In this document: one piece after another, positions 28,401-37,803 of the stretch
Position numbering within the stretch: position 1 is the stretch's first letter
Layout of the letters: the number at the start of each line of letters is the position of its first letter
Origin: Candidatus Uhrbacteria bacterium
GTDB lineage: Bacteria; Patescibacteriota; Patescibacteriia; UBA9934; GWF2-40-263
Length of the DNA: 64,000 nt
NCBI GenBank assembly: GCA_016188425.1
Contig: JACPHX010000006.1
Coordinates: 28,585-92,584 of the forward strand
Reading direction: 5' to 3'
Notes under the pieces: generated by a model
What the model saw: only the letters and a program-made list of their open reading frames with translations
What the model was told of the DNA's origin: nothing
Database searches by the model: none
Program-made: the position numbers and the translations under genes

Positions 28401-31400
28401 TCGCCGCAGATCGCCGAGGCGCCAACCACCGTTCCTTGACAGAAGGAGTTGGGATAGAAACCGTCAGGGACAGAGGCGGGGGGATCATCTACACAGGCCG
28501 CATTGCCGCCCACCGTACAATCCTCCCCCCCTCGATTCCCTCCCACGCAGGTGGCTCCATTGCAATACCCATGCAGCACGTTGTATTCCGCGCGCAATGA
28601 AGAGTAATCGTTGGTATCCTGGTCGATATTTTCACTCCAAGGATAGTCCCCGTATTCCAGCATCCCTACGAGGTGATAGGCCGTGCTGCCGACGCCCTGG
28701 TACGCATAGATATGCGATCCTGGCGCGCACGCGAACTTCCCCGCCGTCGAATCGAAACAAGTCTCCGGGTCCGGATTGAACCCGCCCGAGCTGTCACAAG
28801 AGGAGAAACGGTTAATCGAATCGATAGGCAGCGTCCCTCCGACCAAGTTCCCGAGTTGCGCCTGCCAGCTGGGCCAGCGGCTGACGCTTTGCGCGCGGAT
28901 GAACGTCCCTTCGGAAAGCGCGGGGATGGAGGGGAGGCAGGCCTCGCCGATCGGACATTCGAAATCGAACCGGCAGGCGATGTCGGAACGAACCTCACAA
29001 TGGCCGTTACGCTGGGCCACGGTGCGTATGGCATCCTCCATCTTCAACAACTCTGTGAGGCGCACGGTATCGCGTCGTAATTTTGGCTTGTCCGCGCCGC
29101 AATACTGCCGGTCGCCGCAATCGCCGTCCCAGCTGCAACCAACCGGCTTGCCATCCGCATCCGTAGCGATCGCCGCCGTCCCCATGCCCACGCACACGTT
29201 AAACGATTCAACATTGGTGTTGAACTTCCAGTTCGCGATCGCTTGGTTGAAAATCTGCACTGCCACGTCGCCCGCATTTGGGTTGGTCGTCACCACGAAA
29301 ATGTTCGGATGCAGCTTGTTGTCGTCCCCCAACGTCGGCGCCGCGATATAAGCGGTATTTCCATCGCGCACCGCATCGTATCCGTCGATCTTGATGGGCT
29401 GCGGGCTCCCTTGGAAATTCTGGACGCGATACCAGTCCATGGCCGACAAATAGCCCGGGTTGCCGAGCACTTTCACGCCCAACGCATCCGTTTTAACGAC
29501 ATGGCTTACGTTCATCTCATCCACGAAAGTCTGGTTGGCAATGTACAAGCTTTCTTTGAACACTCCACGCGCCGTGACAGGCGTCGCGACATGCACGTAC
29601 TCCAAACGGGGCAAATCGTCCGCCGTGCTTGCCGGATCCCCCACATCCGCACAATAGAAGAACTGGTAATAGGTGGGGTCGCTCTCGCCAGGGTCGAACG
29701 TGGTGCCGTCATCGAGTGCGGAGTCGGTATCGCGGAAATAGTAGGGTTGCTCACACAGTGGAGCAAACAAATCCACGGATCCGTTCACGACCTTGGAGGG
29801 GGTCGTGTCGGTTCCCTCAAAGATGCTCGCACTGGCCATCGCCGTGCCCTCGCCCGTCTTTCCAAGGGCTGTATATCGCCGATACTGATCGTTGGTCGCA
29901 TAATCTGGATCCGCATCATTTCCAAAGACGGCTGATGAATCGGAAGGGAGGATAGTCCAGGCGTAGGTCCACGCGTACACGCCCGTGATGGATTGCAACG
30001 GCTGCGTTTGGTTCAACGTAAACGCCGTTGAGAGAAGCCGATGCTCCTCATTCGTTTTTCGGAAGACTTGCGAGTGGAGCGGGAGCCTTGGGTTCCCGGC
30101 GGCCGGAAGCGCGGCTCGATCCCCCAAATCTTGCACCACCACTTGCTCTACTTTGCAAAGTTCCGAAGTGGTCGTGAACGGAATCACATGCACCCCACCC
30201 GCCTCCTTTGGCAAACCAACGCCATGCTCGCTCAAAAGGCCGATCTTCGTGGCAGGATCGCCATCATCGGTATTGATGACGAGCTGGTAGGTTTGGCCTG
30301 CTGCGGTGGGCTCTAATGCTTGGGAAAGTTTTATGTGCATCTGCGCCTTTTCATAAATGGCATCCGGGTCGGGAAGCGTGTCCACCCAGTCCACCACCTC
30401 AAATGTGATGGGCAGGTAGCAGACTGAGCTCTGGGCGGAAACAGAATAGCCAAACAGCCACCGGAAACTAGAAACGATATGATGCCAGGCCTTGGCATAC
30501 CAGGTATTGGGAACGGCCTCCGCTGTGAGATAGCCGGCCGGACACGTCCCTCCAACCAGTTCCAAATGGACATTCTCATCCAACAAGTCTTCCGCCATCG
30601 GCTGATCGAAGTTCACGAAGATATCGGCATTGCGGCAAATCTGCGGAGTGCCAGATAAAGGCGGGAAGGAACTGACAATGGTCGGACGCGGGTAACAGCA
30701 TCCGGTCTCGGCACACGCGTACACCGGTGGAAGCGACGGATCCGGATCGATGCATTGGGTGTCATCCGTACACGTGCAGGAAACACTGTATTTTGCGGTT
30801 CCCTTCACGGTGTTTGCTTCTGCGGTAATCGTGGACGTGGCAATTTTTGTGAGCGGATCCAATTCCACTGCGGCATTCAGATCGATTTTGGCGAGCGTAA
30901 ACGCGGGTGTAAAGACAGCAGTGCCCGCGTACTCGCATTCCTCACCGATCCCCGTGGCCTTGTCGCCGCAGAACGAAGGGGTCGTGTACGTACTCGACGA
31001 CCCTTCTGCCAAGCAGTTCATGGAACAGCCGTCGCCGCTCGTATAGTTGCCATCATCGCAATCTTCTCCAGGATCCACCACCGCCACTCCCGCGCCAGGA
31101 GGATCGCCACAGCAATTCGTCAAATGCGTCGCGTCACAGATACGCAATCCCTCATTGAGACACAAGGAAGAACATCCATCGCCATCCACAGCATTGTTGT
31201 CATCGCAATCTTCTCCTGGTTCTTGCGTCCCATTCCCACAAATCCCGATCAAGGCCGCGGCCGACATGGCGATCGTGCCTTCATGAAGACAAATGGAGGA
31301 ACATCCATCGCCGTTGAACCGGTTCCCATCATCGCACTCTTCCCCGCCAACAGCCGCACTGTAAGCCACGTGGCCATCGCCGCAAGTCGTACGCGCGGCG

Positions 31401-34400
31401 GCCGATCCTTCATTGAGGCAGCGAGAAGAACATCCGTCGCCATTGATGACATTCCCATCATCGCACTCTTCCGGCGCATCTAAAGATCCGTTCCCGCAGG
31501 CGGCGTTTTCTATGCCTATATGGATACACGTAGGTCCGCAGCCAAACGGCAGCGGCCCGCCCGAAAAGGCCGCATCGCAATCTTCCCCCGCTTCAACCAC
31601 GCCGTTTCCGCAATGCGGATCGGTTATTTTAATAAGACTTCCTGTGTGTAAACAGCTTCCCGCACACCCGGCCGGGAGCGAAGCACCTATGGTCAATGTC
31701 GAATCGACCGTAGCAACATCCACGTTCGCATCTGCGGGCGGCACATCGACGTCCGCGCTGCTCCAAGGGGACCACGCCACGTTTGTTTGGAGATATTGCC
31801 CGGTAGGAGAACAGGCATCCGGTGCGCTCTTGGGGAGGCCGATGAATAGCTGCGTATCCCCTATCGATGTGGTTTGCGCCGCCTCCGGCCGCACTTCAAC
31901 GCTCGCCACGTCGCAGCGATCCCCTGTTCCGCTGGTCTTGAACACCCAGGAATAGTCATTGGTATAGCCGTGATTCTGATCGTCGTTGGATCCGTCAATG
32001 GATAAGGCAACGCCGCCGCTGGCATCCGTGATGTTGCCAGAGACGACCACGCGGTAGAACGTATCGGCAATCAGGGAACTGTTGAGGTTGATCCCCACTT
32101 CGCGGCAACCGCTCGCCGCCGGCGAGGTATCCAGACAGACGGGAGTCACGAGATACGCATTGCGATTAATGCGCGCCGCATCGCCATCGACGCACAATTC
32201 ATTCGGACATTGCCACAGGGAGTAATTCCCGGTGGTAAGGGCCTGGGTCGAGTTCATCTCCGTATTGAAACGGACGCCCGCGCTCGCATTGATGCAGGCC
32301 TCGCCGCAATCCGGCCACACATGCTCAACCTGCGGGTTGGGAAACTCCACCGTGATATCTGCCTGGCCGCCGACGGGGGTCGTGATCCCTGTGAGCAAGG
32401 CCACGATATGGGCAGGATCGGGATTGGTTTCCGCAAGAGCGGTGGCGGTGTTATCAAAATTGGTATCAGCCGTGACGACGGAAACGGATCCGGATTGGGT
32501 GCTGGACCAGGCAAATGAATAGGCCGCCGGATTCAGAACCAGACAGCGACCTGCCATGGGCAGTGCGTCATAATCCTGTGTCTTCGCTACAGAAGCAAGC
32601 GTTGTATCTGCGGGAGACACAAGTACGCCGCTGACGTCGCAATCTGTCCCGGCACGAACTTTGAAACGGAAAATGTAATCGCTTCCCAGTTTTTCCCCAA
32701 GCTGCGGGGGAACATCGATAGCCTTAAACAAGTTGCCTCTGAGAGTCACCCTGTAGGTGCTTCCAGCCGCAAACGGAGTCGCGGGCGTCCATAAAAAGAC
32801 TTTCGGTTTTGGATCAGAAGGAGGCGAGACAGCAAATGTCCCCGTCACGGGCGAAACCGTGTCACAGGGGTCATCCCCCGTATCCGTACACGTATCCACC
32901 GCGACGGCCGCGCCGTTAAAGGTGGTCAAATCCATCTTGGTTGTGAACTCCACCCGGATGATCGACGTGGTACAAGCATCCTCTCCCCACGCATCCCACG
33001 GGGAAGGCGATACAACCCGCTTGTCATCCGATGGATTGAGGGTACCGCGCGTGTCGATGGAACACTCTTCCAAGACGCGAGGAATGACAGGCAAGGGCCC
33101 CGTTGCAAACTGATACACAAAACTCGCGGCCACGGGTTGTTTGCACACATCCGCACAACTCCCGTCCGCACAGCACAAGTAGCCGATGCCAAACCCATGG
33201 CAATAATCCGCACTCTCTTCCCGGCAGTCGCTCACCGAAAACGGCAAAGGGTTGCTCGTATAACCGGCTCCCGCCGTTGTCGCCGTGACGGCACCCGTTG
33301 TCGCGCCGACCGGAACTTGCGCCCCGCTGATTTCATCGTTATCCCACGCCGCCACCACGGCAGGAACTCCATTGAAAAAATCCACCGTCCCCGTCGTCGT
33401 CCCAAGATTCTCGCCGTCCAGTTTAACAACGCTACGATTCGCCGCCGTCCATTCAGGCCCCGAAACGGGTGTCAATTTGCACAAAGCCGGCCCAGGTTGG
33501 TCATCGATGACCGTGAATGGCGCCGGGCCAGAACTCTGCGCGTCGGAAGATCGTTGCACGAAAATGTTATGGGTAAGGTATTCGATGGGATCCGGCGGAG
33601 CCACATACGTCGTCGGCACCTTCACAAGAATGGTGCTGTCGTTCCAAAGAGCCGCCCCGCACGCCGGTGGAAAATCTGTATCAGCCAAGGCGAAGACGCC
33701 CCCCCCTTTGTCAAAAGTAACCGTTCCTCCGAATCCGAAATGCGATCCAAGAATGGTGACATACTGCCCTGGTGGCCCCCAATCATTCACTTCCGCGCAA
33801 GAAATGGACGCCCCGCAATCCGCCACGGCATTGGCGACGGAGCAATGCGCTCCATCATTCGCTCCACCTGCACACGCATGCCAGCCAGAGACGACTTCAT
33901 TGATGACCGGCGGGTTGGCATCGGCATCCTGGGTAAAGACAAGTGGGTTGGATCCTTGTCGGAGCGGAAGGCAGACCCCGTCCGCAGGCGCGCACCGGTC
34001 GGTCGCCGAACAAAGTTCTGCCGTATTGATAGAACAGGCGTCCTCCCCAATAAACATCCTCACGTAATGCGATCCGGAACTCAAGAGCGGAGCCGTGGCG
34101 GTGGCGGACGTGCTGGACCATGTGGCTGTGTTGTAGGAAGTCGCTCTTGATGCATCGAAATAGACGGTCGAAGAAGCCGTATACGTCGAACCGAAATTCT
34201 TTCCAGAAAGCGTGACGCTGGACTGCCGCGGCCCGGTGGAAGGACTGATGGAACAAAGCCCGGGACGGACAATCGTGTTCACGTCAAAATCCGCAATGTG
34301 CGGGCCGTAGGTATCATCCGTCTGATCCGTTTTTGTCGGGTCGTCCCCCCGAAGGACTTCGATGGGGCCATCAACCGCTCCCACGGGAACCTCCACGACG

Positions 34401-35911
34401 ATCAACCGGTCCCCCCATTGCGGAGAGCCGCTGCAGACCGCGGCTGATACGGTCTTCTCGTCACCAGAAACAGGTGATCCTAAGAAAACCACTGTGCCCG
34501 CGCTCGCGGTTGGGCCGAAATTGCGGCCGATGATGCTGATGAGGTTTCCGACGGCTCCGTCTCCAGGCGTCACCTGGTCGATCCGCGGCCGCGTGTCTGC
34601 GGCACAGACGCCGGCGACGCACACTTCGTCCGTGCCGCAATCCGTATCGACGGAACAGGCGCCTCCTACGCATGCGCCGCAGTAATACTGGCTGGTCGTG
34701 CTTCCGCCGCAGTTCAGCTCGGTCTCGCCCAAATCCGTATCGATGGCGAGGTTGTTGCAATTGGCCGCGCGCAGGAACACCCTCGACGTCGTACTCGTCT
34801 CATTCGCCGCACAATCAAACCCCTTCATCCCGATCGTATACTGGCGGTTGGTCATGTACCCCGCCGCATCCCACTCCGATCCGTCATCGAAAAACAAACG
34901 CTCCGTGGTCGGGAACGGCTGCCCCGCAACGGGGAATGAATCGCTCGTCGAAAGGTCGGAGGAGGGGGTGAACAAGGTTCCATTGACGGAAAAATCGACG
35001 GCGTCTACCCCGACATCATCTTTGGTATAGGCCTGCAGGTCGATCGGGAACCCCCCCGCAAACACCACCGTGCCGTCCGCGGGCGCGTCGGCATGAACCG
35101 TGGATGGCGGAGCCGTGTCTATCGTTGCCAATGGGTCTATGGCAAACGAATACGTGCAGGGATGGGTCACGTCGCACACCAATGCCCAGCCGTTAGTTGA
35201 ACGGAGGATGGAAGGATCTGCCTTCACCGTATAACTCGTATCCGCCGGCAGACACGGAACCCCGGAACAGGTATTGGCGGGGGTAAACGTTACCCTCGAC
35301 CCAACGAGAGAAAACGTTCCTGGAACATCGTCCGACGTTGCGTCATCAATCACCCGCAACCCGCCGACAAGGGTGCTGTCTGGCAGCTGGATCCTGCTCA
35401 TCTCCGGGGGTCTCGTAAAAGAAAACTGGAGCAGCGTATTGGAAACGAATTCAAAACAATCTACGTTGAGCGGATTAAGCTGGAAGGAACGGCCCGGGGA
35501 CGGAGGGAATACCGGGTCTCTAGCCGGCTCCGATGAAGTCGTTCCCCCGCTGATCGCCGATGACAGGCGGCTGATGACAAAACTCGCAATCCCGTAGGCC
35601 CCCAAAATGAGAACGAGCCCGATCAGTCCGTTTCGAAGGATATCCCTCCCCTTCTTGACCCGCTTCTGATCACCGGCGGAGGTAAGGAACACCCATCCGC
35701 CCCACAGCACGATGAGCACTGCCAAAACTCCCAGGAAACCCAACAGGACGCTGATCAGTTTTGCGACGATCAATGGCACGCTGTCATTCACCCCCAGCCC
35801 CGCGATGTTCGCGAACGTGCCGGTAAGGCCGAAATTCGTTTGCGCCAACGCCACTTGCGGCATAAGCAGCAGAAGGAGTGGGAACAGACGAATGAGAAGG
35901 CGCTTGATCAC
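25454..35911 (-). CDS. Giant (3485 aa) surface protein: VirB2/TrbC-like pilin anchor, Ig-like and IPT/TIG domains, Myxococcus-type Cys-rich repeats, C-terminal VWA
   Basis: WGGWVFLTSAGDQKRVKKGRDILRNGLIG; P.I..(V/I).P..G...V.I.G.NFG repeats; CG(N/D)G.....EECDDGN...GDGCS..C repeats; DVVFVLDKTASM. Confidence 0.9.
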   Translation of the reverse strand: MIKRLLIRLFPLLLLLMPQVALAQTNFGLTGTFANIAGLGVNDSVPLIVAKLISVLLGFLGVLAVLIVLWGGWVFLTSAGDQKRVKKGRDILRNGLIGLVLILGAYGIASFVISRLSSAISGGTTSSEPARDPVFPPSPGRSFQLNPLNVDCFEFVSNTLLQFSFTRPPEMSRIQLPDSTLVGGLRVIDDATSDDVPGTFSLVGSRVTFTPANTCSGVPCLPADTSYTVKADPSILRSTNGWALVCDVTHPCTYSFAIDPLATIDTAPPSTVHADAPADGTVVFAGGFPIDLQAYTKDDVGVDAVDFSVNGTLFTPSSDLSTSDSFPVAGQPFPTTERLFFDDGSEWDAAGYMTNRQYTIGMKGFDCAANETSTTSRVFLRAANCNNLAIDTDLGETELNCGGSTTSQYYCGACVGGACSVDTDCGTDEVCVAGVCAADTRPRIDQVTPGDGAVGNLISIIGRNFGPTASAGTVVFLGSPVSGDEKTVSAAVCSGSPQWGDRLIVVEVPVGAVDGPIEVLRGDDPTKTDQTDDTYGPHIADFDVNTIVRPGLCSISPSTGPRQSSVTLSGKNFGSTYTASSTVYFDASRATSYNTATWSSTSATATAPLLSSGSHYVRMFIGEDACSINTAELCSATDRCAPADGVCLPLRQGSNPLVFTQDADANPPVINEVVSGWHACAGGANDGAHCSVANAVADCGASISCAEVNDWGPPGQYVTILGSHFGFGGTVTFDKGGGVFALADTDFPPACGAALWNDSTILVKVPTTYVAPPDPIEYLTHNIFVQRSSDAQSSGPAPFTVIDDQPGPALCKLTPVSGPEWTAANRSVVKLDGENLGTTTGTVDFFNGVPAVVAAWDNDEISGAQVPVGATTGAVTATTAGAGYTSNPLPFSVSDCREESADYCHGFGIGYLCCADGSCADVCKQPVAASFVYQFATGPLPVIPRVLEECSIDTRGTLNPSDDKRVVSPSPWDAWGEDACTTSIIRVEFTTKMDLTTFNGAAVAVDTCTDTGDDPCDTVSPVTGTFAVSPPSDPKPKVFLWTPATPFAAGSTYRVTLRGNLFKAIDVPPQLGEKLGSDYIFRFKVRAGTDCDVSGVLVSPADTTLASVAKTQDYDALPMAGRCLVLNPAAYSFAWSSTQSGSVSVVTADTNFDNTATALAETNPDPAHIVALLTGITTPVGGQADITVEFPNPQVEHVWPDCGEACINASAGVRFNTEMNSTQALTTGNYSLWQCPNELCVDGDAARINRNAYLVTPVCLDTSPAASGCREVGINLNSSLIADTFYRVVVSGNITDASGGVALSIDGSNDDQNHGYTNDYSWVFKTSGTGDRCDVASVEVRPEAAQTTSIGDTQLFIGLPKSAPDACSPTGQYLQTNVAWSPWSSADVDVPPADANVDVATVDSTLTIGASLPAGCAGSCLHTGSLIKITDPHCGNGVVEAGEDCDAAFSGGPLPFGCGPTCIHIGIENAACGNGSLDAPEECDDGNVINGDGCSSRCLNEGSAAARTTCGDGHVAYSAAVGGEECDDGNRFNGDGCSSICLHEGTIAMSAAALIGICGNGTQEPGEDCDDNNAVDGDGCSSLCLNEGLRICDATHLTNCCGDPPGAGVAVVDPGEDCDDGNYTSGDGCSMNCLAEGSSSTYTTPSFCGDKATGIGEECEYAGTAVFTPAFTLAKIDLNAAVELDPLTKIATSTITAEANTVKGTAKYSVSCTCTDDTQCIDPDPSLPPVYACAETGCCYPRPTIVSSFPPLSGTPQICRNADIFVNFDQPMAEDLLDENVHLELVGGTCPAGYLTAEAVPNTWYAKAWHHIVSSFRWLFGYSVSAQSSVCYLPITFEVVDWVDTLPDPDAIYEKAQMHIKLSQALEPTAAGQTYQLVINTDDGDPATKIGLLSEHGVGLPKEAGGVHVIPFTTTSELCKVEQVVVQDLGDRAALPAAGNPRLPLHSQVFRKTNEEHRLLSTAFTLNQTQPLQSITGVYAWTYAWTILPSDSSAVFGNDADPDYATNDQYRRYTALGKTGEGTAMASASIFEGTDTTPSKVVNGSVDLFAPLCEQPYYFRDTDSALDDGTTFDPGESDPTYYQFFYCADVGDPASTADDLPRLEYVHVATPVTARGVFKESLYIANQTFVDEMNVSHVVKTDALGVKVLGNPGYLSAMDWYRVQNFQGSPQPIKIDGYDAVRDGNTAYIAAPTLGDDNKLHPNIFVVTTNPNAGDVAVQIFNQAIANWKFNTNVESFNVCVGMGTAAIATDADGKPVGCSWDGDCGDRQYCGADKPKLRRDTVRLTELLKMEDAIRTVAQRNGHCEVRSDIACRFDFECPIGEACLPSIPALSEGTFIRAQSVSRWPSWQAQLGNLVGGTLPIDSINRFSSCDSSGGFNPDPETCFDSTAGKFACAPGSHIYAYQGVGSTAYHLVGMLEYGDYPWSENIDQDTNDYSSLRAEYNVLHGYCNGATCVGGNRGGEDCTVGGNAACVDDPPASVPDGFYPNSFCQGTVVGASAICGDGIQGANEFCEVGQIKPVDCKLGYCKGGTRDGSYCSEATDCATTPGGSCDPATLKCVGGTAAANTTCTVATQATDCPSITCDRSVEKDGHKLVPCAPTAGLCAVTFAPGQLPYQRSCTTTADCESASLYCATLFCGGDPSFGACAVAANCKICSGGIRDGLHCVSDSNCLGSGTCGVSGAACTPMTQNVCAFTTDTGSSATCVAYQCGNGVPDEDEDCDEGFLNGTYGHCPSDCQIATGTQRNICGDGTLDAGESCDCGGLFSTALGGWATAAHCGTLRNGEYGSACAADCRGVGPSCGDGLVQTANNEICDPNDPATRYAKEPVGYCELDPTNYCTGDGVADCPVDTTPCVFPVLSNVCDQGDPVKIGGICSIPQNCDKGVPGDADYVRGSCSAQTYPIQYSLTCSTSGANACKGYDRVGSPNGGGQYCGDGRKTGTEECDDGNRNDNDGCTNSCKTAVCGDNVVNLGVESCDNGSQNGNGCNAPYGGVCTGCTRDCRFETVTGAFCGNNVIEGTELCDGLMAANSAGICSGIITFPSPGVLMGGACTFPGGACSTVGTSCKEIGYCDGGTNVGMRCVRDASVDALLDPSCVGGGGVCVVAKCAGDCASTCPPVFTSQKARMLPEIVNSTLVDSVTLFSQASGQFPNDAKVFLPVCSVLSTLTMDVRIPGAPAPHDTDVVFVLDKTASMSRAFGGSTRLQEAGDAVAAQIDLMRNRWQGSGKILRVGLAVFGDRAAVGQALDADTNLARNKVVNLTGADAAGSALVNAGVSVANGMFSGSADQVMIIVSDSDPVDSPAWNLVNIVKNPDGSLKNPARRVYSLTITNTMDPLVDTAGVERAGVMASVTNDLCAWGNASPTTPTQTQLQHYRTSTDLSSPRVCGPNTGVEYAYTAWTQSVFISAARFIVDSFSPFSVTVTGKDRDGNTVQSVGILTQGVGQIIPIPAGLLGCDGVSSIPINIRADCPTGCTISNVSAAACPAR

Positions 35912-35923
35912 AAACGATGAAGG

Positions 35924-37726
35924 TTAGTAAGGCAGTCCGCCACCCAAAGGAGCCGCCGCATTGCAGGCACCGGAACGAGCCGTCAAAAGAGGTGACGGCT
36001 CGGTTCCCTCGCTGCAACAGTTCGGGTTGGTCGAATCGCTGGCGCACACAGGAAGCGTTCCTCCGCTCAAAGCCGGATACATACAAAACTGATTGGATCC
36101 TTTCAATCCATGGGTGATTTCCTGGAAATACGCCAATCCTCCATCCATATCTGAAATAAGGGGAGGATGTTCAATGAGAGCAATGTTGGGAGTGATGCCA
36201 AGCGCTCCGGTAAACCAGACCGAGTAATCTGGAAGAGAGGTGGAGGGATGGAAAATCAGGTTTGAATTACTTACGGTGGAAGGTTGCAGATTTCGATTAA
36301 ACGTAATCGTGATGGGATCATTCAGACTGGCAAATGACTTGTTGATGGCCGGGCTCAATCCGACCACCGCTGGCGTGGCTGTATCGATGAAGTTTGTTGT
36401 TGTAAATGACCAAGGAAAATCGTCACCAGCAGTTCCATCCCCTCCAATGACACCGCCATCAAGCGAGTTTCCTGCCGCATCCACGACCCCGTCATAGGGG
36501 ACGACGGACTGAACGGTATTGGTGGGATCAATCGACGTATCGATGGTCGCCGCGGTCGCGAGACCCGAGATGGTTGCCGCCCCTGGAAGGCAATAGACCG
36601 TGTTCCCGCACGGATCCGTCGCACATCCCTGGGCAGGGATAAACTCGACCGTGCGATACCCGTTGCTGATTTGCCAAACCCCCACCACGGGCGTGCCTCC
36701 GTTGTCTAACACAAGGTTTGTAAACGGAAGCGTGTGTCCTGTCGTTGCCACCGGATTCATGGCCTCGTTGAACGTGATCGACGCAATGGTATTTTTATCG
36801 ACCGCAGGCGACGACGGCGCCGGGACCCGCGACACCACATACGGAGGAGTCAGGTCGACCGTGGTTCCAACCTCGAAGGTCCAAGAGTAGCCAGCTGGGT
36901 ACCCAGCAAACGCATCCGCCGTATCGTCTTTTTTGATATCCGAAGTTAGATGCACGGTATAGTTGGTGTCCTGCACACCATCACCCAGCCAATTCACCGG
37001 ATCAAACGTATACACTTTGTGATCCTTCGTGACGAACACCTTGACGTCCGCGGGAAGAAACTTAGAAGTGATGTCGGCTGATTTGAAAAACTCCACCGAA
37101 GTATCGGCTATTTGGCCGGATCCGGATCCGTCCCCGTTATCGACGAACCCAACCATAACCGTGTTGGGGTCGACGGCCTCTTTGAAGGTGAGGAAAACGT
37201 TTGTATTCCTCGCCACATCAAGCGCGCCCCGGGGCGGATAGTGATCCTGCACGATCCCCAGCCCAAGCGGGCCGGAGAGCGGATCCGTATACCGGCCAGC
37301 CAGATCCGTCCGTGTGCCCACACCCGTCAGGACATTTACGCCCAGCAGGCGGAAGATGAATACGACGATGGCCCAGGATGCCAAAATGATGATAAGGCCG
37401 ATGACCGCATTTTTGAGCACGTTGCGGCCCTGCTCTACCCGACGTGCGTCCCCCGCCGACGTCATGATGACGTACCCGGCATACAAGATCATGACAACGG
37501 CGATGATGCCGATAATGCTCAAGAAGGCGAGAATCAACAGTTCGATGATTTCAATAAGCGGCCGCTGCCCCAAGAGCGTCGCCTGCGTGCCAACCTGTTC
37601 GAGCGCAGACGATTGGGCCAGGGCCGGAGACGCAGAAAAAAAGAAGCCAAAGATACCAAAAGCAACCGAACCAAAAAGGGAACGAAGCGTCCGTGTCCGT
37701 AAATGAAGAAAAGAAAAAACGCGCAT
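35924..37726 (-). CDS. VirB2/TrbC-like pilin-anchored protein with tandem Ig-like (Big_5-type) domains
   Basis: YAGYVIMTSAGDARRVEQGRNVLKNAVIG; N......F.EA(V/M)..., WTF/WSF, DLTPPYV repeats. Confidence 0.85.
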   Translation of the reverse strand: MRVFSFLHLRTRTLRSLFGSVAFGIFGFFFSASPALAQSSALEQVGTQATLLGQRPLIEIIELLILAFLSIIGIIAVVMILYAGYVIMTSAGDARRVEQGRNVLKNAVIGLIIILASWAIVVFIFRLLGVNVLTGVGTRTDLAGRYTDPLSGPLGLGIVQDHYPPRGALDVARNTNVFLTFKEAVDPNTVMVGFVDNGDGSGSGQIADTSVEFFKSADITSKFLPADVKVFVTKDHKVYTFDPVNWLGDGVQDTNYTVHLTSDIKKDDTADAFAGYPAGYSWTFEVGTTVDLTPPYVVSRVPAPSSPAVDKNTIASITFNEAMNPVATTGHTLPFTNLVLDNGGTPVVGVWQISNGYRTVEFIPAQGCATDPCGNTVYCLPGAATISGLATAATIDTSIDPTNTVQSVVPYDGVVDAAGNSLDGGVIGGDGTAGDDFPWSFTTTNFIDTATPAVVGLSPAINKSFASLNDPITITFNRNLQPSTVSNSNLIFHPSTSLPDYSVWFTGALGITPNIALIEHPPLISDMDGGLAYFQEITHGLKGSNQFCMYPALSGGTLPVCASDSTNPNCCSEGTEPSPLLTARSGACNAAAPLGGGLPY

Positions 37727-37803
37727 GGGATATCTTCATTTTACAACATCTCGGCGCGCAGGGCGAGGAGAGACCCCATGTGGACAAGATTGTTACGACC
37801 CCC

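Noticed and set aside
25454-35911. Diversity-generating retroelement or intein in the giant gene
   Set aside because: No reverse transcriptase, no adenine-variable repeat pair and no intein motifs seen by eye.
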